64,000 bases of DNA from Gemmatimonadota bacterium (GCA_003222115.1 QHUL01000056.1:16998-80997); one strand, 5' to 3'; numbered from the stretch's first letter, positions 20,331 to 30,638 are shown. Program-made: numbers and translations. Notes: generated from the letters alone by a model not told the origin.

Positions 20331-21337
20331 AGCCGCTGCACCAGTTCCTTCAGGCGGTCCGCGTGGCCGGTCGGCATCACCAGGGTGTGGCCGTTCGCCC
20401 GCACGACGATCGTGTCCTCGAGCCCGATGACCGCGAGATGCTCGCTCTCCGCCCAGATGACCGAGCGCCGCACGTCGTCGGCCACCGTGGCGTTGCCCAC
20501 GACGACGTTGCCGCGCGCGTCGGCCCGCCGGATGCGGAGCAGGGCGTCCCAGGATCCGATGTCGTCCCAGCGGAACGTACCCGTGACGACCGCGAGGCGC
20601 CGGGTGCGCTCGAGGACGGCGACGTCCACGGCCACGGGGCGCGCCTTGGCGAAGAACCCCGGGACGTCCCCCGCCGAGAGGGCGGGCCAGGCGTCGTGCA
20701 GCTCGCGCGCGTAGGCCCCGGCCTCTCCCAGGAACCGGGCGACTCCCCAGGCGAACAGGCCCGTGTTCCACAGCGCGCCCCGCCGCCGCAGCAGCATCGC
20801 GCGCGCCGCGCTCGGCTTCTCGACGAAACGACGCACCGCGCGGGCGCTGCCCAGCGACTTGCCCGGCACGATGTAGCCGTATGCGGTCTCATTGCGGCTC
20901 GGCTTGACGCCGACGGTCACGAGGACGTCGTACTCCGCCGCGACGCCCAGGGCGTTGCGGGCCGCGGCGCGGAACGCGCGGTCGTCGCCCACGGCCCAGT
21001 CGGCGTGCAGCGACAGCATCTGCGCCCCGGGGTCGTGGCGCGAGATCCACTGCGCCGCCCAGGCGAGCGCCGGGGCGGTAGAGGCGGCGCGGGGCTCGAC
21101 CAGCACCTGCGTGCGCGGCACCTGGGGCACGAGCGCCGCGATCCGCTCGGCGAGCAGGGCCCCGGTGATGATCAGGATACGCTCCGGCGGCACCAGGCCC
21201 TCCAGGCGCTCGACCGCCTGCACCACGAGGGGGCGGTCGCCGGCGAGCGGGAGCAGTTGCTTGGGGCGCTCGGGCGTGGAGAGCGGCCAGAAGCGCGTGC
21301 CCGAGCCGCCCGCCACGATCGCCGCCCAGGGAGTCAT
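20327..21337 (-). CDS. manC: Mannose-1-phosphate guanylyltransferase (nucleotidyltransferase family)
   Basis: N-terminus AAIVAGGSGTRFWPLSTPERPKQLLPL and the overall GMP-type architecture. Confidence 0.75.
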   Translation of the reverse strand: MTPWAAIVAGGSGTRFWPLSTPERPKQLLPLAGDRPLVVQAVERLEGLVPPERILIITGALLAERIAALVPQVPRTQVLVEPRAASTAPALAWAAQWISRHDPGAQMLSLHADWAVGDDRAFRAAARNALGVAAEYDVLVTVGVKPSRNETAYGYIVPGKSLGSARAVRRFVEKPSAARAMLLRRRGALWNTGLFAWGVARFLGEAGAYARELHDAWPALSAGDVPGFFAKARPVAVDVAVLERTRRLAVVTGTFRWDDIGSWDALLRIRRADARGNVVVGNATVADDVRRSVIWAESEHLAVIGLEDTIVVRANGHTLVMPTGHADRLKELVQRL

Positions 21338-21741
21338 GCGGACTCGCCCCCGCCGGGCGGCGCGTCCCCCAGCATCGCGGCGATGCGGGCGGTGAGCTTG
21401 GTGGGGCTGAAGGGCTTGGTCAGGAGCGCGGCGCCCAATCGCTCCGCCTCGGCGAGCACGCGCTCTTCTCCTTCGGCGGTGAGCACCATGACCGGCAGCG
21501 CCCGCGTACCGGCGGCGCTGCGCAGCTCCCGCAGCAGGTCGAGCCCGGAGCCGTCGGGGAGATGGAGATCGAGCAGCAGGCCGTCGGGCGGCCCGTCGCG
21601 GCCCGAGAGCGAGCGGCGCGCGTCGGCGAGCGTGCGCGCCAGACTCACCCGATAGCCGTGGTGCTCGAGGTGCGGACGGAGCAGGAGCCCGATGTGCGGC
21701 TCATCGTCCACGACGAGGAGGTGCCGCGGGGAGGAGGCCAC
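21334..21741 (-). CDS. Stand-alone response-regulator receiver domain protein
   Basis: LLVVDDEP ... LLLDLHLPDGSG ... TKPF receiver signature. Confidence 0.8.
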   Translation of the reverse strand: MASSPRHLLVVDDEPHIGLLLRPHLEHHGYRVSLARTLADARRSLSGRDGPPDGLLLDLHLPDGSGLDLLRELRSAAGTRALPVMVLTAEGEERVLAEAERLGAALLTKPFSPTKLTARIAAMLGDAPPGGGESA

Positions 21742-21753
21742 CCGGCGCTCCGG

Positions 21754-22110
21754 TCAGAGCAGGCCGGCGATGGCGGAGCGGTGACGGCGGAGGTCGTAGA
21801 GCAGCGCGCCCACGTTGGTGGACGGCTGGACCAGCATCACCAGCAGCGCGTCGGCGTTGAGCACCGAGACGAGGGCGATGCCGGCGCCGAATTCGAGCAC
21901 TCCCGTGCCGAACTCCCCGCGTCCACCGGCCTGACCCAGCTGAGCCATGCTGGTGATCACCGACGGTAGCAGCGCGGCGAGCCCGTCCGCGTCGACGCCG
22001 TCCTTGGTGCGCGAATCGATCGGCAGCCCGTCCCGACGGCTGACGACCACCACGGCGTCCACGCCGGCGCGGCGGCTGAGCGCTTCGACCACGTCGCGGA
22101 TCGTCGCCAT
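21754..22110 (-). CDS. Roadblock/LC7 (MglB-like) domain protein
   Basis: 118 aa. The size and pattern (VDAVVVVSRRDGLPI ... GIALVSVLNADALLVMLV) fit the roadblock fold. Confidence 0.6.
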   Translation of the reverse strand: MATIRDVVEALSRRAGVDAVVVVSRRDGLPIDSRTKDGVDADGLAALLPSVITSMAQLGQAGGRGEFGTGVLEFGAGIALVSVLNADALLVMLVQPSTNVGALLYDLRRHRSAIAGLL

Positions 22111-22204
22111 ACGGCGGCCAAGCTAGGTTTCGGCGAAAGCGAAGTCAAGCAGCCACCGTGGGTTGACCCACTCGGACGCGCGCCAGTATCTTCCCCGGCA
22201 CCGC

Positions 22205-22771
22205 ATGCCTCCCCACCACCGGTTCGCCGCGCGCGCGCTCGCCGGCGCCGTCCTCCTTGCGCTCGCCGCGTGCAGCGAGCCGCTGGGGTTGCCCCCGCCG
22301 GTGCTGTCGAACGTCGTGGACCAGATCTCTCTGTTCGCCCTCGAGGGGACGCCGCTCACGACGCCGTCCGCCTACAAGTTGAGCGGGCGGCAGCTCGTCC
22401 GCACCGACCAATCGGCGGACTTCGATTTCGCGTTCAACATCGACGCATCGAACCGCCCCGTGCTGTTGCCCACGGGCGCGGTCGGCCTGCCCCAGGGCTC
22501 CGGCATTCAAGTCGCCACGCAGGGCTTCGACGCGCTCACCGTCGCGCCCACCGGCGGTTACGTGCTGGATCAACCGGTCGCGGTGGACGTCGACGTCGTG
22601 GCGCTGGTGCGCTCGCGCACCTTGGGCTGCTCCTTCGGTCTGAGCGTGCCCCTGTACGCCAAGCTCCATGTCCTCACCGTCGATTTGGTCGCCCGCCGCA
22701 TCGATTTCGAGATCCTGGTCGACCAGAACTGCGGCTACCGGGGTCTTGAGACGGGTTTTCCCCTGAAGTAG
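22205..22771 (+). CDS. Hypothetical lipoprotein
   Basis: Lipobox LLALAAC after ATG at 22205. Confidence 0.5.
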   Translation: MPPHHRFAARALAGAVLLALAACSEPLGLPPPVLSNVVDQISLFALEGTPLTTPSAYKLSGRQLVRTDQSADFDFAFNIDASNRPVLLPTGAVGLPQGSGIQVATQGFDALTVAPTGGYVLDQPVAVDVDVVALVRSRTLGCSFGLSVPLYAKLHVLTVDLVARRIDFEILVDQNCGYRGLETGFPLK

Positions 22772-22775
22772 CGCC

Positions 22776-24062
22776 GTGATCGACCTCAAGCTGCTGCGCG
22801 CCTCACCCGACCAGGTGCGGAGCGCGCTCGCCCGCCGCGGCGACACCGGCGTGACCAGGCTGCTCGACGAGCTGGAGGCGCTCGACATGCGACGGCGCGC
22901 GCTCGCGGGTCAGCTCGATCAGCTCAAGGCGGAGCGCAACGAGGCCGCGAAGGCGGACGGCCGCATGATGAAGGAGAAGGGCGCTCTACCGGCGGACGTC
23001 GTGGCCCAGCGCAAGCGGCTGGGCGAGCGCATCGGCGCCCTCGAAGCCGAGCTGCGCGACGTCGAGACGGCGCTCGAGGCGAAAGCCCTGTACGTCCCGA
23101 ATCTCCCGCTCCCCGAGCTGCCGGACGGCGACGCGTCCCATAACGCGGTCGTCCGCAGCTGGGGGGCGCCCGCGGAGGGAGGAGGGCGCCCGCACTGGGA
23201 GATCGCCGAGCGGCTGGGGATCCTCGACCTACGGCGCGGCGCGCTGCTCTCGGGGTCGGGGTTCCCGGTGTTCGTCGGCCAGGGTGCGCGCCTCGTCCGA
23301 GCGCTCGTCCAGTTGATGCTGGACCTGCATACGCGCGAGCACGGCTACATCGAAGTGGAGCCGCCCGTCCTGGTGCGGCGGGACATGCTGCAGGGCACGG
23401 GACAGCTACCGAAATTCGAGGAGGACGTCTACAAGACCGTGCCGGACGACCTGTTCCTCGTGCCCACGGCCGAGGTGCCGCTCACGAACCTGCATCGCGA
23501 CGAGATCCTCGACGGCGCCAAGCTGCCGCTCGCCTACACCGCGTACACGCCCTGCTTCCGGCGGGAAGCCGGTGCGCACGGCAAGGACACGCGCGGCCTG
23601 CTGCGCGTGCACCAGTTCGACAAGGTGGAGCTGGTGCGCTTCGTGCGCGCGGCCGACTCGGCGCGCGAGCACGAGCTGATGACGGGCCACGCCGAGACGG
23701 TGCTGCAGCGCCTCGAGCTGCCGTACCGGGTGGTGCTGCTCGCCGCCCGGGACGTTGGGTTCACCAGCGCCAAGACGTACGATCTCGAGGCGTGGGCCCC
23801 CGGCGTGGGGCAGTGGCTCGAAGTGTCGAGCTCGAGCAGCTTCACCGATTACCAGGCGCGCCGCGCCAACATCCGCTGCCGCCTCAAGCCGGGCGACAAG
23901 CCGGAGTTCGTCCACACGCTGAATGCGTCGGGCGTGGCGCTGCCCCGCACCCTCGCCGCTCTGCTGGAGACGCGTCAGCAGCCAGACGGCTCGGTCACGA
24001 TTCCGGCCGCCCTGGTGCCCTATCTCGGAACCGACCGTCTGGTTCCCCCCGGTGGCGGATAG
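22776..24062 (+). CDS. serS: Seryl-tRNA synthetase
   Basis: N-terminal coiled coil MIDLKLLR, TAEVPLTNLHRDEIL, and class II motifs. Confidence 0.95.
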   Translation: MIDLKLLRASPDQVRSALARRGDTGVTRLLDELEALDMRRRALAGQLDQLKAERNEAAKADGRMMKEKGALPADVVAQRKRLGERIGALEAELRDVETALEAKALYVPNLPLPELPDGDASHNAVVRSWGAPAEGGGRPHWEIAERLGILDLRRGALLSGSGFPVFVGQGARLVRALVQLMLDLHTREHGYIEVEPPVLVRRDMLQGTGQLPKFEEDVYKTVPDDLFLVPTAEVPLTNLHRDEILDGAKLPLAYTAYTPCFRREAGAHGKDTRGLLRVHQFDKVELVRFVRAADSAREHELMTGHAETVLQRLELPYRVVLLAARDVGFTSAKTYDLEAWAPGVGQWLEVSSSSSFTDYQARRANIRCRLKPGDKPEFVHTLNASGVALPRTLAALLETRQQPDGSVTIPAALVPYLGTDRLVPPGGG

Positions 24063-25230
24063 CGACCTGCGCCGCCGGGCGGGCCCCCGCGCGGTGGTGG
24101 TGCTCGCGCTGCTGCTGGGCGGCATCACGGTCGGCTACACGTGGGTGGTGGCGCGGCACCTGCGCGACGACGCGCGCGACACGAGCCGCCTGTTGGGGCG
24201 CGTGTTCGCTGGCCTGAACGACCCGCGCCCCGACGCCGCGACCGACGCGCTGCTCGACCTCGCCGCGCAGGTACGGGCGCTCGGCATCCCCATCGCCATC
24301 ACCGACGCGGCGGGGCGGGTCACGGCGATGGACAACGTGCCGCCCCACATCGCCGGGCCGGACGACACGGCGGGGCTGCGCGACTGGATCACGCGGCTCG
24401 ACGCGGTGAACGCGCCGCTCGTCCAGCCCGGGGTCGGCACCATCCACTACGGCCCGCTCCCCGTGGCCATGCAGTTCACCGAGCTCGCCGCGCTCCAGGG
24501 CGCCGTGTTCCTGTGCCTGGGGTGGCTCGCGGCGTGGGCCTACCGCCAGCGCCTCGCCGCCACGCGCGATCGCCTGTGGGTGGCGATGGCGCGCGAGTCG
24601 GCGCACCAGCTCGGCACCCCGCTCATGAGCCTCACGGGATGGATTGCCTACCTGCGGGAACATCCGGGTACCACGGGTGGGGAGTTGGTCGAGCATCTTC
24701 AGGCCGACACCGAGCGGCTGGAGCGTGTGGCCAAGCGGTTCGAGCGCATCGGGCGCCCCGTGCGGCAGGAGCCGGTGGGGCTCGGCGCTGTGGCGGAGCG
24801 CGTGGTGAGCTATTTCCGGCCCCGCCTGCCCACGCTGGCGAACGCGGTCCGGCTGGACCTCGTGGCCACGGGCCCCGGACCGACGGCGCTCGGTGACCCC
24901 GTCCTGATCGAGTGGGCCGTGGAGGCGCTCGTGAAGAACGCCATCGACGCGCTGAGCGGGCGCGGCGGGCGCATCGAGGTGCGCGTGGAGGCACACGACC
25001 GCATCGCGCGGGTGCGGGTGCGCGACGACGGTCCCGGCGTGCCGGCGGCCGTGCGGCCGCAGCTGTTCGAGCCGGGCGTCTCCACCAAGCCGGGGGGGTG
25101 GGGGATCGGCCTGGCGCTGGCGCGCCGCATCGTCGAGCAGCAGCACCACGGCCGCATCCAGTACCAACCCGCCGCCGCCGCGGCAGGGAGCGAGTTCGTG
25201 CTCGAGTTTCCGCTCGTGGCGACGCCGTGA
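24052..25230 (+). CDS. Sensor histidine kinase
   Basis: GTG at 24052 overlaps the serS end. TM helices, H-box ESAHQLGTPLMSL, and the ATP-lid region GWGIGLALARRIV. Confidence 0.8.
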   Translation: MADSDLRRRAGPRAVVVLALLLGGITVGYTWVVARHLRDDARDTSRLLGRVFAGLNDPRPDAATDALLDLAAQVRALGIPIAITDAAGRVTAMDNVPPHIAGPDDTAGLRDWITRLDAVNAPLVQPGVGTIHYGPLPVAMQFTELAALQGAVFLCLGWLAAWAYRQRLAATRDRLWVAMARESAHQLGTPLMSLTGWIAYLREHPGTTGGELVEHLQADTERLERVAKRFERIGRPVRQEPVGLGAVAERVVSYFRPRLPTLANAVRLDLVATGPGPTALGDPVLIEWAVEALVKNAIDALSGRGGRIEVRVEAHDRIARVRVRDDGPGVPAAVRPQLFEPGVSTKPGGWGIGLALARRIVEQQHHGRIQYQPAAAAAGSEFVLEFPLVATP

Positions 25231-27509
25231 CGTTGGCGCTCAATCCCCAACAGGAAGCCGCCGTGCGCCATCCTGGAGGCCCGCTGCTCGTGCTCGCGGG
25301 GGCGGGATCGGGGAAGACGCGCGTGCTCACGGCACGCATCGCCCACCTCATCCGGGACCGCGGGCTGGCGCCGCAGCGGATCTTCGCGGTCACCTTCACC
25401 AACAAGGCCGCAGGGGAGATGCGGGCCCGCGTCGCCGCGCTGCTCGGCGCCGATCCCCGGGGCCTCTGGATCGGGACCTTCCACGCGCTCGCGGCCCGCC
25501 TGCTGCGGCGGGAGGCGGCCCACCTCGGCTTCGGGTCCAACTTCACGATCTACGACGCGGACGACTCCGAGTCCTTCATCAGACGCCTGCTGGACCAGCG
25601 GGGACTGTCGCCCAAGGCCAATCCACCGCGCGCCGTCCACGCCTTGATCTCCGCCGCCAAGAACCGCATGATCGCGCCCGAGGAGTTCGCCGTCACCGCC
25701 GACGGTCCGCTGGTGCGGGCGGCGGCCGAGGTGTACGCGGCGCTCGGCCCCGCACTCAAGCAGGCCAACGCGATGGACTTCGACGACCTGCTGCTGCATC
25801 CGCTGCAGCTGTTCCGCGAGCACCCGGATCGCCTCAGCTACTGGCAGCACCGCTTCGAGCACGTGCTGGTGGACGAGTTTCAGGACACGAACTCCGCCCA
25901 GTACCGGCTGGTGAAGCTGCTCGCCGCCCCGCACGGGAACCTGTGCGTGGTGGGCGACGACGATCAGGCGATCTACGGCTGGCGCGGCGCCGACGTGCGC
26001 CACATGCTCGCGTTCCAGCAGGACTTCCCCGGCACGACACTGATCAAGCTGGAGCAGAACTACCGCTCGACCCAGGTGATCCTCGACGCTGCGAACGGCG
26101 TGATCGCCGGGAACGTGCAGCGGCTCGGCAAGACGCTGTTCACGGCGAAGCAGGGCGGCGAGACCGTCACCCTGCTCACCGCCGCCGACGAGCGGGACGA
26201 GGCCGAGTGGCTCGCCGCAGAGCTCGTGCGGCGAGCCGCGGAGACGGACGTGCCGCACGAAGGGATGGCGATCCTCTACCGCACCAACGCCCAATCCCGG
26301 GCGCTGGAGGAGACGTTCCGCCGCCGCGGCATCCCCTACCGTCTCGTGGGCGCGGTCAGCTTCTACGAGCGCCGCGAGGTGAAGGACCTGCTCGCCTACC
26401 TGCGGCTCGTTGCGAATCCGGCGGACGACGAGGCCTTCCTCAGGGTCGTGAACGTGCCCCGGCGTGGGATCGGGGAGGCGTCGCTCGCTCAGCTGATCCG
26501 CACCGCGGCTCAGTGGGGCAAGCCGCTGCTCGCCGTCGTCGCCACGGCCGAGCGGGTGCCCGATCTGCGCCCCAACGTGCGGCAGGCGTTCGCGGGGGTG
26601 GCGCGGCTGGTCGAGGAAGTGCGCGCGCGCTTTGGCGAAGCAGACCCGGCGACCGTGCTCGAGGCAGTGATCGACGTCGTGGGCTACGAGCAGTACCTGG
26701 CCGAGGAGGGGGCGGAGGGGATCGAGCGGCTGGACAACGTGCGCGAGCTCGTGGCCGGGGCCGCGGAATGGGCGGAGGAGGCAGCCACCGACGGTGATGA
26801 GGCCGGGGAAGACGGAGCCCTAAAGGACTCCCTGACGGTCGGGGGGGAGGGGGGGACTACTCTGCTCCAGCGTTATCTCACGCAGGTCGCGCTGGTCACA
26901 CCGGCCGACGACCGCGGCAGCGGGGCAGCGAACGGAGTGACGCTGATGACGGTCCACATGGCGAAGGGGCTGGAGTGGCCGGTGGTCGCGCTCGCCGGGC
27001 TCGAGGACGGTCTCTTCCCGCTCGGCCGGGCGAGCGGCGAGCCGGGCGGGCTCGAAGAGGAGCGGCGGCTGTGCTACGTGGGTCTCACGCGCGCGCGCGA
27101 AAAATTGTATCTCTCATGGGCGCGCACGCGGTACCGCAACGGTCGCTTCGAGCTGGCCGAGCCGTCGCGGTTCCTCGAGGCCGTGCCGGCGACGGTCGTG
27201 GAAGAGCGGACCACGACGCCCCGGTGGGATCGGGCCGCCGCGTTCGCCCAGCGGGCGGCGCGGGCGCGGCGGGTGCCGCTCGAGCCCGAAGAGCCCGCGT
27301 GGGCAGTGGAGGCGGTGTCGCAGGACGCGCCGCGCTACGTCGCGGGCGAGCGAGTCCGGCACCGGAAGTTCGGCAGCGGCGTGGTGCGCGCCGTGTCGGG
27401 CTCCGGCCGCAGCCTGAAGGTCACGGTCGCCTTCGACGACCAGGAGATCGGTACCAAACAGCTGCTCGTCGCGTACGCGGGCCTCGAGCGGGACTGGGAG
27501 AGCGCATGA
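25227..27509 (+). CDS. ATP-dependent DNA helicase UvrD/PcrA family
   Basis: GTG at 25227 in a GTGA overlap. GAGSGKTRVL, VDEFQDTN and MTVHMAKGLEW motifs. Confidence 0.9.
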   Translation: MTLALNPQQEAAVRHPGGPLLVLAGAGSGKTRVLTARIAHLIRDRGLAPQRIFAVTFTNKAAGEMRARVAALLGADPRGLWIGTFHALAARLLRREAAHLGFGSNFTIYDADDSESFIRRLLDQRGLSPKANPPRAVHALISAAKNRMIAPEEFAVTADGPLVRAAAEVYAALGPALKQANAMDFDDLLLHPLQLFREHPDRLSYWQHRFEHVLVDEFQDTNSAQYRLVKLLAAPHGNLCVVGDDDQAIYGWRGADVRHMLAFQQDFPGTTLIKLEQNYRSTQVILDAANGVIAGNVQRLGKTLFTAKQGGETVTLLTAADERDEAEWLAAELVRRAAETDVPHEGMAILYRTNAQSRALEETFRRRGIPYRLVGAVSFYERREVKDLLAYLRLVANPADDEAFLRVVNVPRRGIGEASLAQLIRTAAQWGKPLLAVVATAERVPDLRPNVRQAFAGVARLVEEVRARFGEADPATVLEAVIDVVGYEQYLAEEGAEGIERLDNVRELVAGAAEWAEEAATDGDEAGEDGALKDSLTVGGEGGTTLLQRYLTQVALVTPADDRGSGAANGVTLMTVHMAKGLEWPVVALAGLEDGLFPLGRASGEPGGLEEERRLCYVGLTRAREKLYLSWARTRYRNGRFELAEPSRFLEAVPATVVEERTTTPRWDRAAAFAQRAARARRVPLEPEEPAWAVEAVSQDAPRYVAGERVRHRKFGSGVVRAVSGSGRSLKVTVAFDDQEIGTKQLLVAYAGLERDWESA

Positions 27510-27817
27510 GCGTGACGCGGGATGACGTGTTGAAGATCGCCCAGCTCGCGGAGCTCGACGTGGACGAGGCGACGCTGCCCCTGCTGGCGGAGCAGATGTC
27601 GCGGATCCTCGATTACGTCGCGCAAATCGGCGCCGTGGCGGCGAGCGAGGGCGCACGGCCCTTCGTTCCGGGTCCCGACGCCGCGCGCTTCCGCCCCGAC
27701 GAGGTGAGGCCCTGGCCGCTCGCGTTCGGCCCCCAGAAGCTCGCGCCCGCCTTCAAGGACGGGTTTTTCCTCGTGCCGAAACTGGGCCAGTTCGAGGAGG
27801 CACAGGGGCTCGAGTGA
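27506..27817 (+). CDS. gatC: Asp/Glu-tRNA amidotransferase subunit C
   Basis: ATG at 27506 in an ATGA overlap. MSVTRDDVLKIAQLAELDVDE. Confidence 0.85.
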   Translation: MSVTRDDVLKIAQLAELDVDEATLPLLAEQMSRILDYVAQIGAVAASEGARPFVPGPDAARFRPDEVRPWPLAFGPQKLAPAFKDGFFLVPKLGQFEEAQGLE

Positions 27818-29202
27818 GCGATCCGGCGGAGGCGCTCGCGAGCGCCAAGGCGGCGGCCGACCGCATCGTCAAGGCCAAGCGCCTCAACGCGATGCTGACC
27901 CCGCCGAAGGAGCTGCGGAAGTCGCTGGACCAGCAGGCGAAGGCCGCCCACCCGTCCGGCGTCCTCTATGGCATGTCGGTCGCCGTGAAGGACAACATCT
28001 GCACCCTCGAATTCACGACGACCTGCGGCTCCAAGATCCTCGAGGGCTACCGCTCCCCCTACGAGGCCACCGCCGTCGCGAAGCTCAAGGCGGCGGGCGC
28101 GCTGGTCGCGGGGAAGACGAACTGCGACGAGTTCGCGATGGGCTCGTCCACGGAACACTCGGCATACGGTCGGGTGCTGCACCCGCTCGACAAGCATCGC
28201 GTGCCGGGGGGCTCGTCCGGCGGGTCCGCGGCCCTCGTGGCGGCGGGCGCGGTGCCGGCGGCGCTCGGCTCGGAAACGGGCGGCTCCGTGCGCCAGCCGG
28301 CGTCGCTGTGCGGCGTGGTCGGCATCAAGCCCACCTACGGGCGGGTGTCGCGCTACGGGCTCGTTGCCTTCGGCTCGTCGCTCGATCAGATCGGGGTGAT
28401 GGGGCGCAGCGTGCACGACGCCGCGCGGGTGCTGTCGGTGATCAGCGGCCGGGACACGAGGGACGCCACGTGCGAGGACCGCGATCCGCTCCGGCTCCCC
28501 ACCGTCCCCGAGTCGCTGCAGGGGTTCGTAATCGGGATCCCGAAGGAGTACTTCCCCGCCGATCTCGACCCTGCCGTGCGGCGCGCCTGCGACCGGGCGA
28601 TCCGCCTGTTGCGGGAGCTCGGGGCCGCGATGCGCGAGGTGTCGCTGCCGCACACGCCGTACGCGGTCCCGACCTACTATATCATCGCGCCGGCGGAGGC
28701 GTCCTCCAACCTGGCGCGCTACGACGGCGCGCGCTACGGGCCGCGCTTCGACGGCCAGGTCGATGTGCGCGCGCTATACCGGGGCACGCGCGGCGCCGGG
28801 TTCGGGCCCGAAGTGCGGCGTCGAATCCTCGTGGGGACCTACGTGCTGTCGTCCGGCTACTACGACGCCTATTACCGCAAGGCGCAGCAGATGCGGGCGC
28901 TCATTGCCCAGGACTTCCGCAACGTGTTCGACCGCGGCGTGGACCTGTTGTTCACGCCGACGACGCCCACGCCCGCCTTCAAGGCCGGGGAGAGGCTTGC
29001 CGACCCCGTGGCGATGTACCTGTCCGACATCTTCACGGTCACCGCGAACCTCGCCGGCTTGCCCGCGCTGTCGCTGCCGATCGGCCGCATCAAGGGCCTG
29101 CCGATCGGCGGGCAGCTCATCGGTCAGGCGTTCCTCGAGGACGAGATGATCGAGGCCGCCTACGCGATCGAGCGCGTGTTCCCGGCGGCGGAGGAGGCGT
29201 GA
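27814..29202 (+). CDS. gatA: Asp/Glu-tRNA amidotransferase subunit A
   Basis: Amidase signature GGSSGGSAA and the GSVRQPA motif. Confidence 0.92.
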   Translation: MSDPAEALASAKAAADRIVKAKRLNAMLTPPKELRKSLDQQAKAAHPSGVLYGMSVAVKDNICTLEFTTTCGSKILEGYRSPYEATAVAKLKAAGALVAGKTNCDEFAMGSSTEHSAYGRVLHPLDKHRVPGGSSGGSAALVAAGAVPAALGSETGGSVRQPASLCGVVGIKPTYGRVSRYGLVAFGSSLDQIGVMGRSVHDAARVLSVISGRDTRDATCEDRDPLRLPTVPESLQGFVIGIPKEYFPADLDPAVRRACDRAIRLLRELGAAMREVSLPHTPYAVPTYYIIAPAEASSNLARYDGARYGPRFDGQVDVRALYRGTRGAGFGPEVRRRILVGTYVLSSGYYDAYYRKAQQMRALIAQDFRNVFDRGVDLLFTPTTPTPAFKAGERLADPVAMYLSDIFTVTANLAGLPALSLPIGRIKGLPIGGQLIGQAFLEDEMIEAAYAIERVFPAAEEA

Positions 29203-30638
29203 TGGGGGGGGCGAACGCGTGGGAGACGGTGATCGGGCTCGAGACGCACGTGCAGCTGCGCACCAACTCGAAGATGTTCTGCGGCTGCTCCGCAGCCTTC
29301 GGGGCGCCGCCCAACACGAACGTCTGCCCCGTCTGCCTGGGGCTGCCCGGTGCGCTCCCGGTGCCGAACGAGCAGGCGATCCGGCTCGCCGTACGCGCCG
29401 CGCTCGCCTTGAACGGCACCGTCCACCCGAAGAGCGTGTTCGCCCGCAAGAACTATTTCTATCCGGACCTGCCGAAGGGCTACCAGATCTCGCAGTTCGA
29501 CCAGCCCCTCGCGACGGACGGCTCGCTCGTGTTCCTCTCGCCTGACCGCGGCGTCGTCACGGTGTCGATCGTGCGCCTGCACGTGGAGGAGGACGCCGGC
29601 AAGTCGCTGCACGACCGCTTCCCGAAGCAGACGGCGGTGGATCTGAACCGCTGCGGCGTGCCGCTCGTCGAGATCGTGACCGGGCCCGATCTGCGCTCGC
29701 CGCAGGAGGCGCGCGCCTATCTCCTGACGCTGAAGCAGGTGCTCGAGTACACCGGCGTCTCCGACTGCGACATGGAGAAGGGGAGCTTGCGCGTGGACGC
29801 GAACGTCTCCGTGCGCCGCGTAGGGGAAACGGCCCTCGGCACCAAGGTCGAGGTGAAGAACATCAACTCCTTCGCCTACGTCGAGAAGGCGCTCACCGTG
29901 GAGCGCGATCGCCAGATCGCGCTGCGGGAGGCGGGCGGCACCGTGGTGCAGCAGACGATGCTGTACGACGCCAAGGAGAACGCGGTGCGACCGCAGCGCT
30001 CCAAGGAGGAGAGCCACGACTACCGCTATTTTCCGGACCCCGACCTGCCCCCGCTCGTGCTCTCGACCGAGCTCGTGGCGGAGCAGCAGGCGACGCTCCC
30101 GGAGCTGCCGGCGCGCAAGCGCGACCGCTTCGTCGCTCAGTACGCCCTGTCGCAGCAGGACGCGAGCGTGCTCACGGCGAGTCGCGCGGTCGCCGACTAC
30201 TACGAAGCCGTGGTCCACGCCGGCGCGGACGCGAAGGCGGCGGCCAACTGGGTGATGGGCGAAGTGCTGGCGGACGCGAAGGCGCATGACGACCAGCTGC
30301 GCGCCTCTGCGGGCGCGCTCGCCCAGCTCATCGGGTTGGTGCGGGGCGGGACCCTGTCCCACCAGGCTGCGAAGCGCGTCTTCGGCGAGGTGGCCGATCG
30401 GGGCGGCGACCCGCGCAACGTGGCCGAGGCGCTTGGCCTCGTGCAGGTGGCGGACGCGGGCGTTCTCGCCGGCTGGGTGAGCGACGTGCTCGCGAGCCAG
30501 CCGCAGGAGGTTGCGCGCTACCGCAGTGGGGAGACGAGGCTGCTGCAGTTCTTCGTGGGGCAGGTCATGAAGGCCTCGCGCGGCAAGGCCGACCCGAAGC
30601 TGGCGCAGCGGGTGCTGGAGGAGAAGCTAACCGCCTGA
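29199..30638 (+). CDS. gatB: Asp/Glu-tRNA amidotransferase subunit B
   Basis: WETVIGLETHVQL, CPVCLGLPGALP, and the C-terminal YqeY-like tail. The start is GTG 29199 or ATG 29202. Confidence 0.92.
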   Translation: MMGGANAWETVIGLETHVQLRTNSKMFCGCSAAFGAPPNTNVCPVCLGLPGALPVPNEQAIRLAVRAALALNGTVHPKSVFARKNYFYPDLPKGYQISQFDQPLATDGSLVFLSPDRGVVTVSIVRLHVEEDAGKSLHDRFPKQTAVDLNRCGVPLVEIVTGPDLRSPQEARAYLLTLKQVLEYTGVSDCDMEKGSLRVDANVSVRRVGETALGTKVEVKNINSFAYVEKALTVERDRQIALREAGGTVVQQTMLYDAKENAVRPQRSKEESHDYRYFPDPDLPPLVLSTELVAEQQATLPELPARKRDRFVAQYALSQQDASVLTASRAVADYYEAVVHAGADAKAAANWVMGEVLADAKAHDDQLRASAGALAQLIGLVRGGTLSHQAAKRVFGEVADRGGDPRNVAEALGLVQVADAGVLAGWVSDVLASQPQEVARYRSGETRLLQFFVGQVMKASRGKADPKLAQRVLEEKLTA

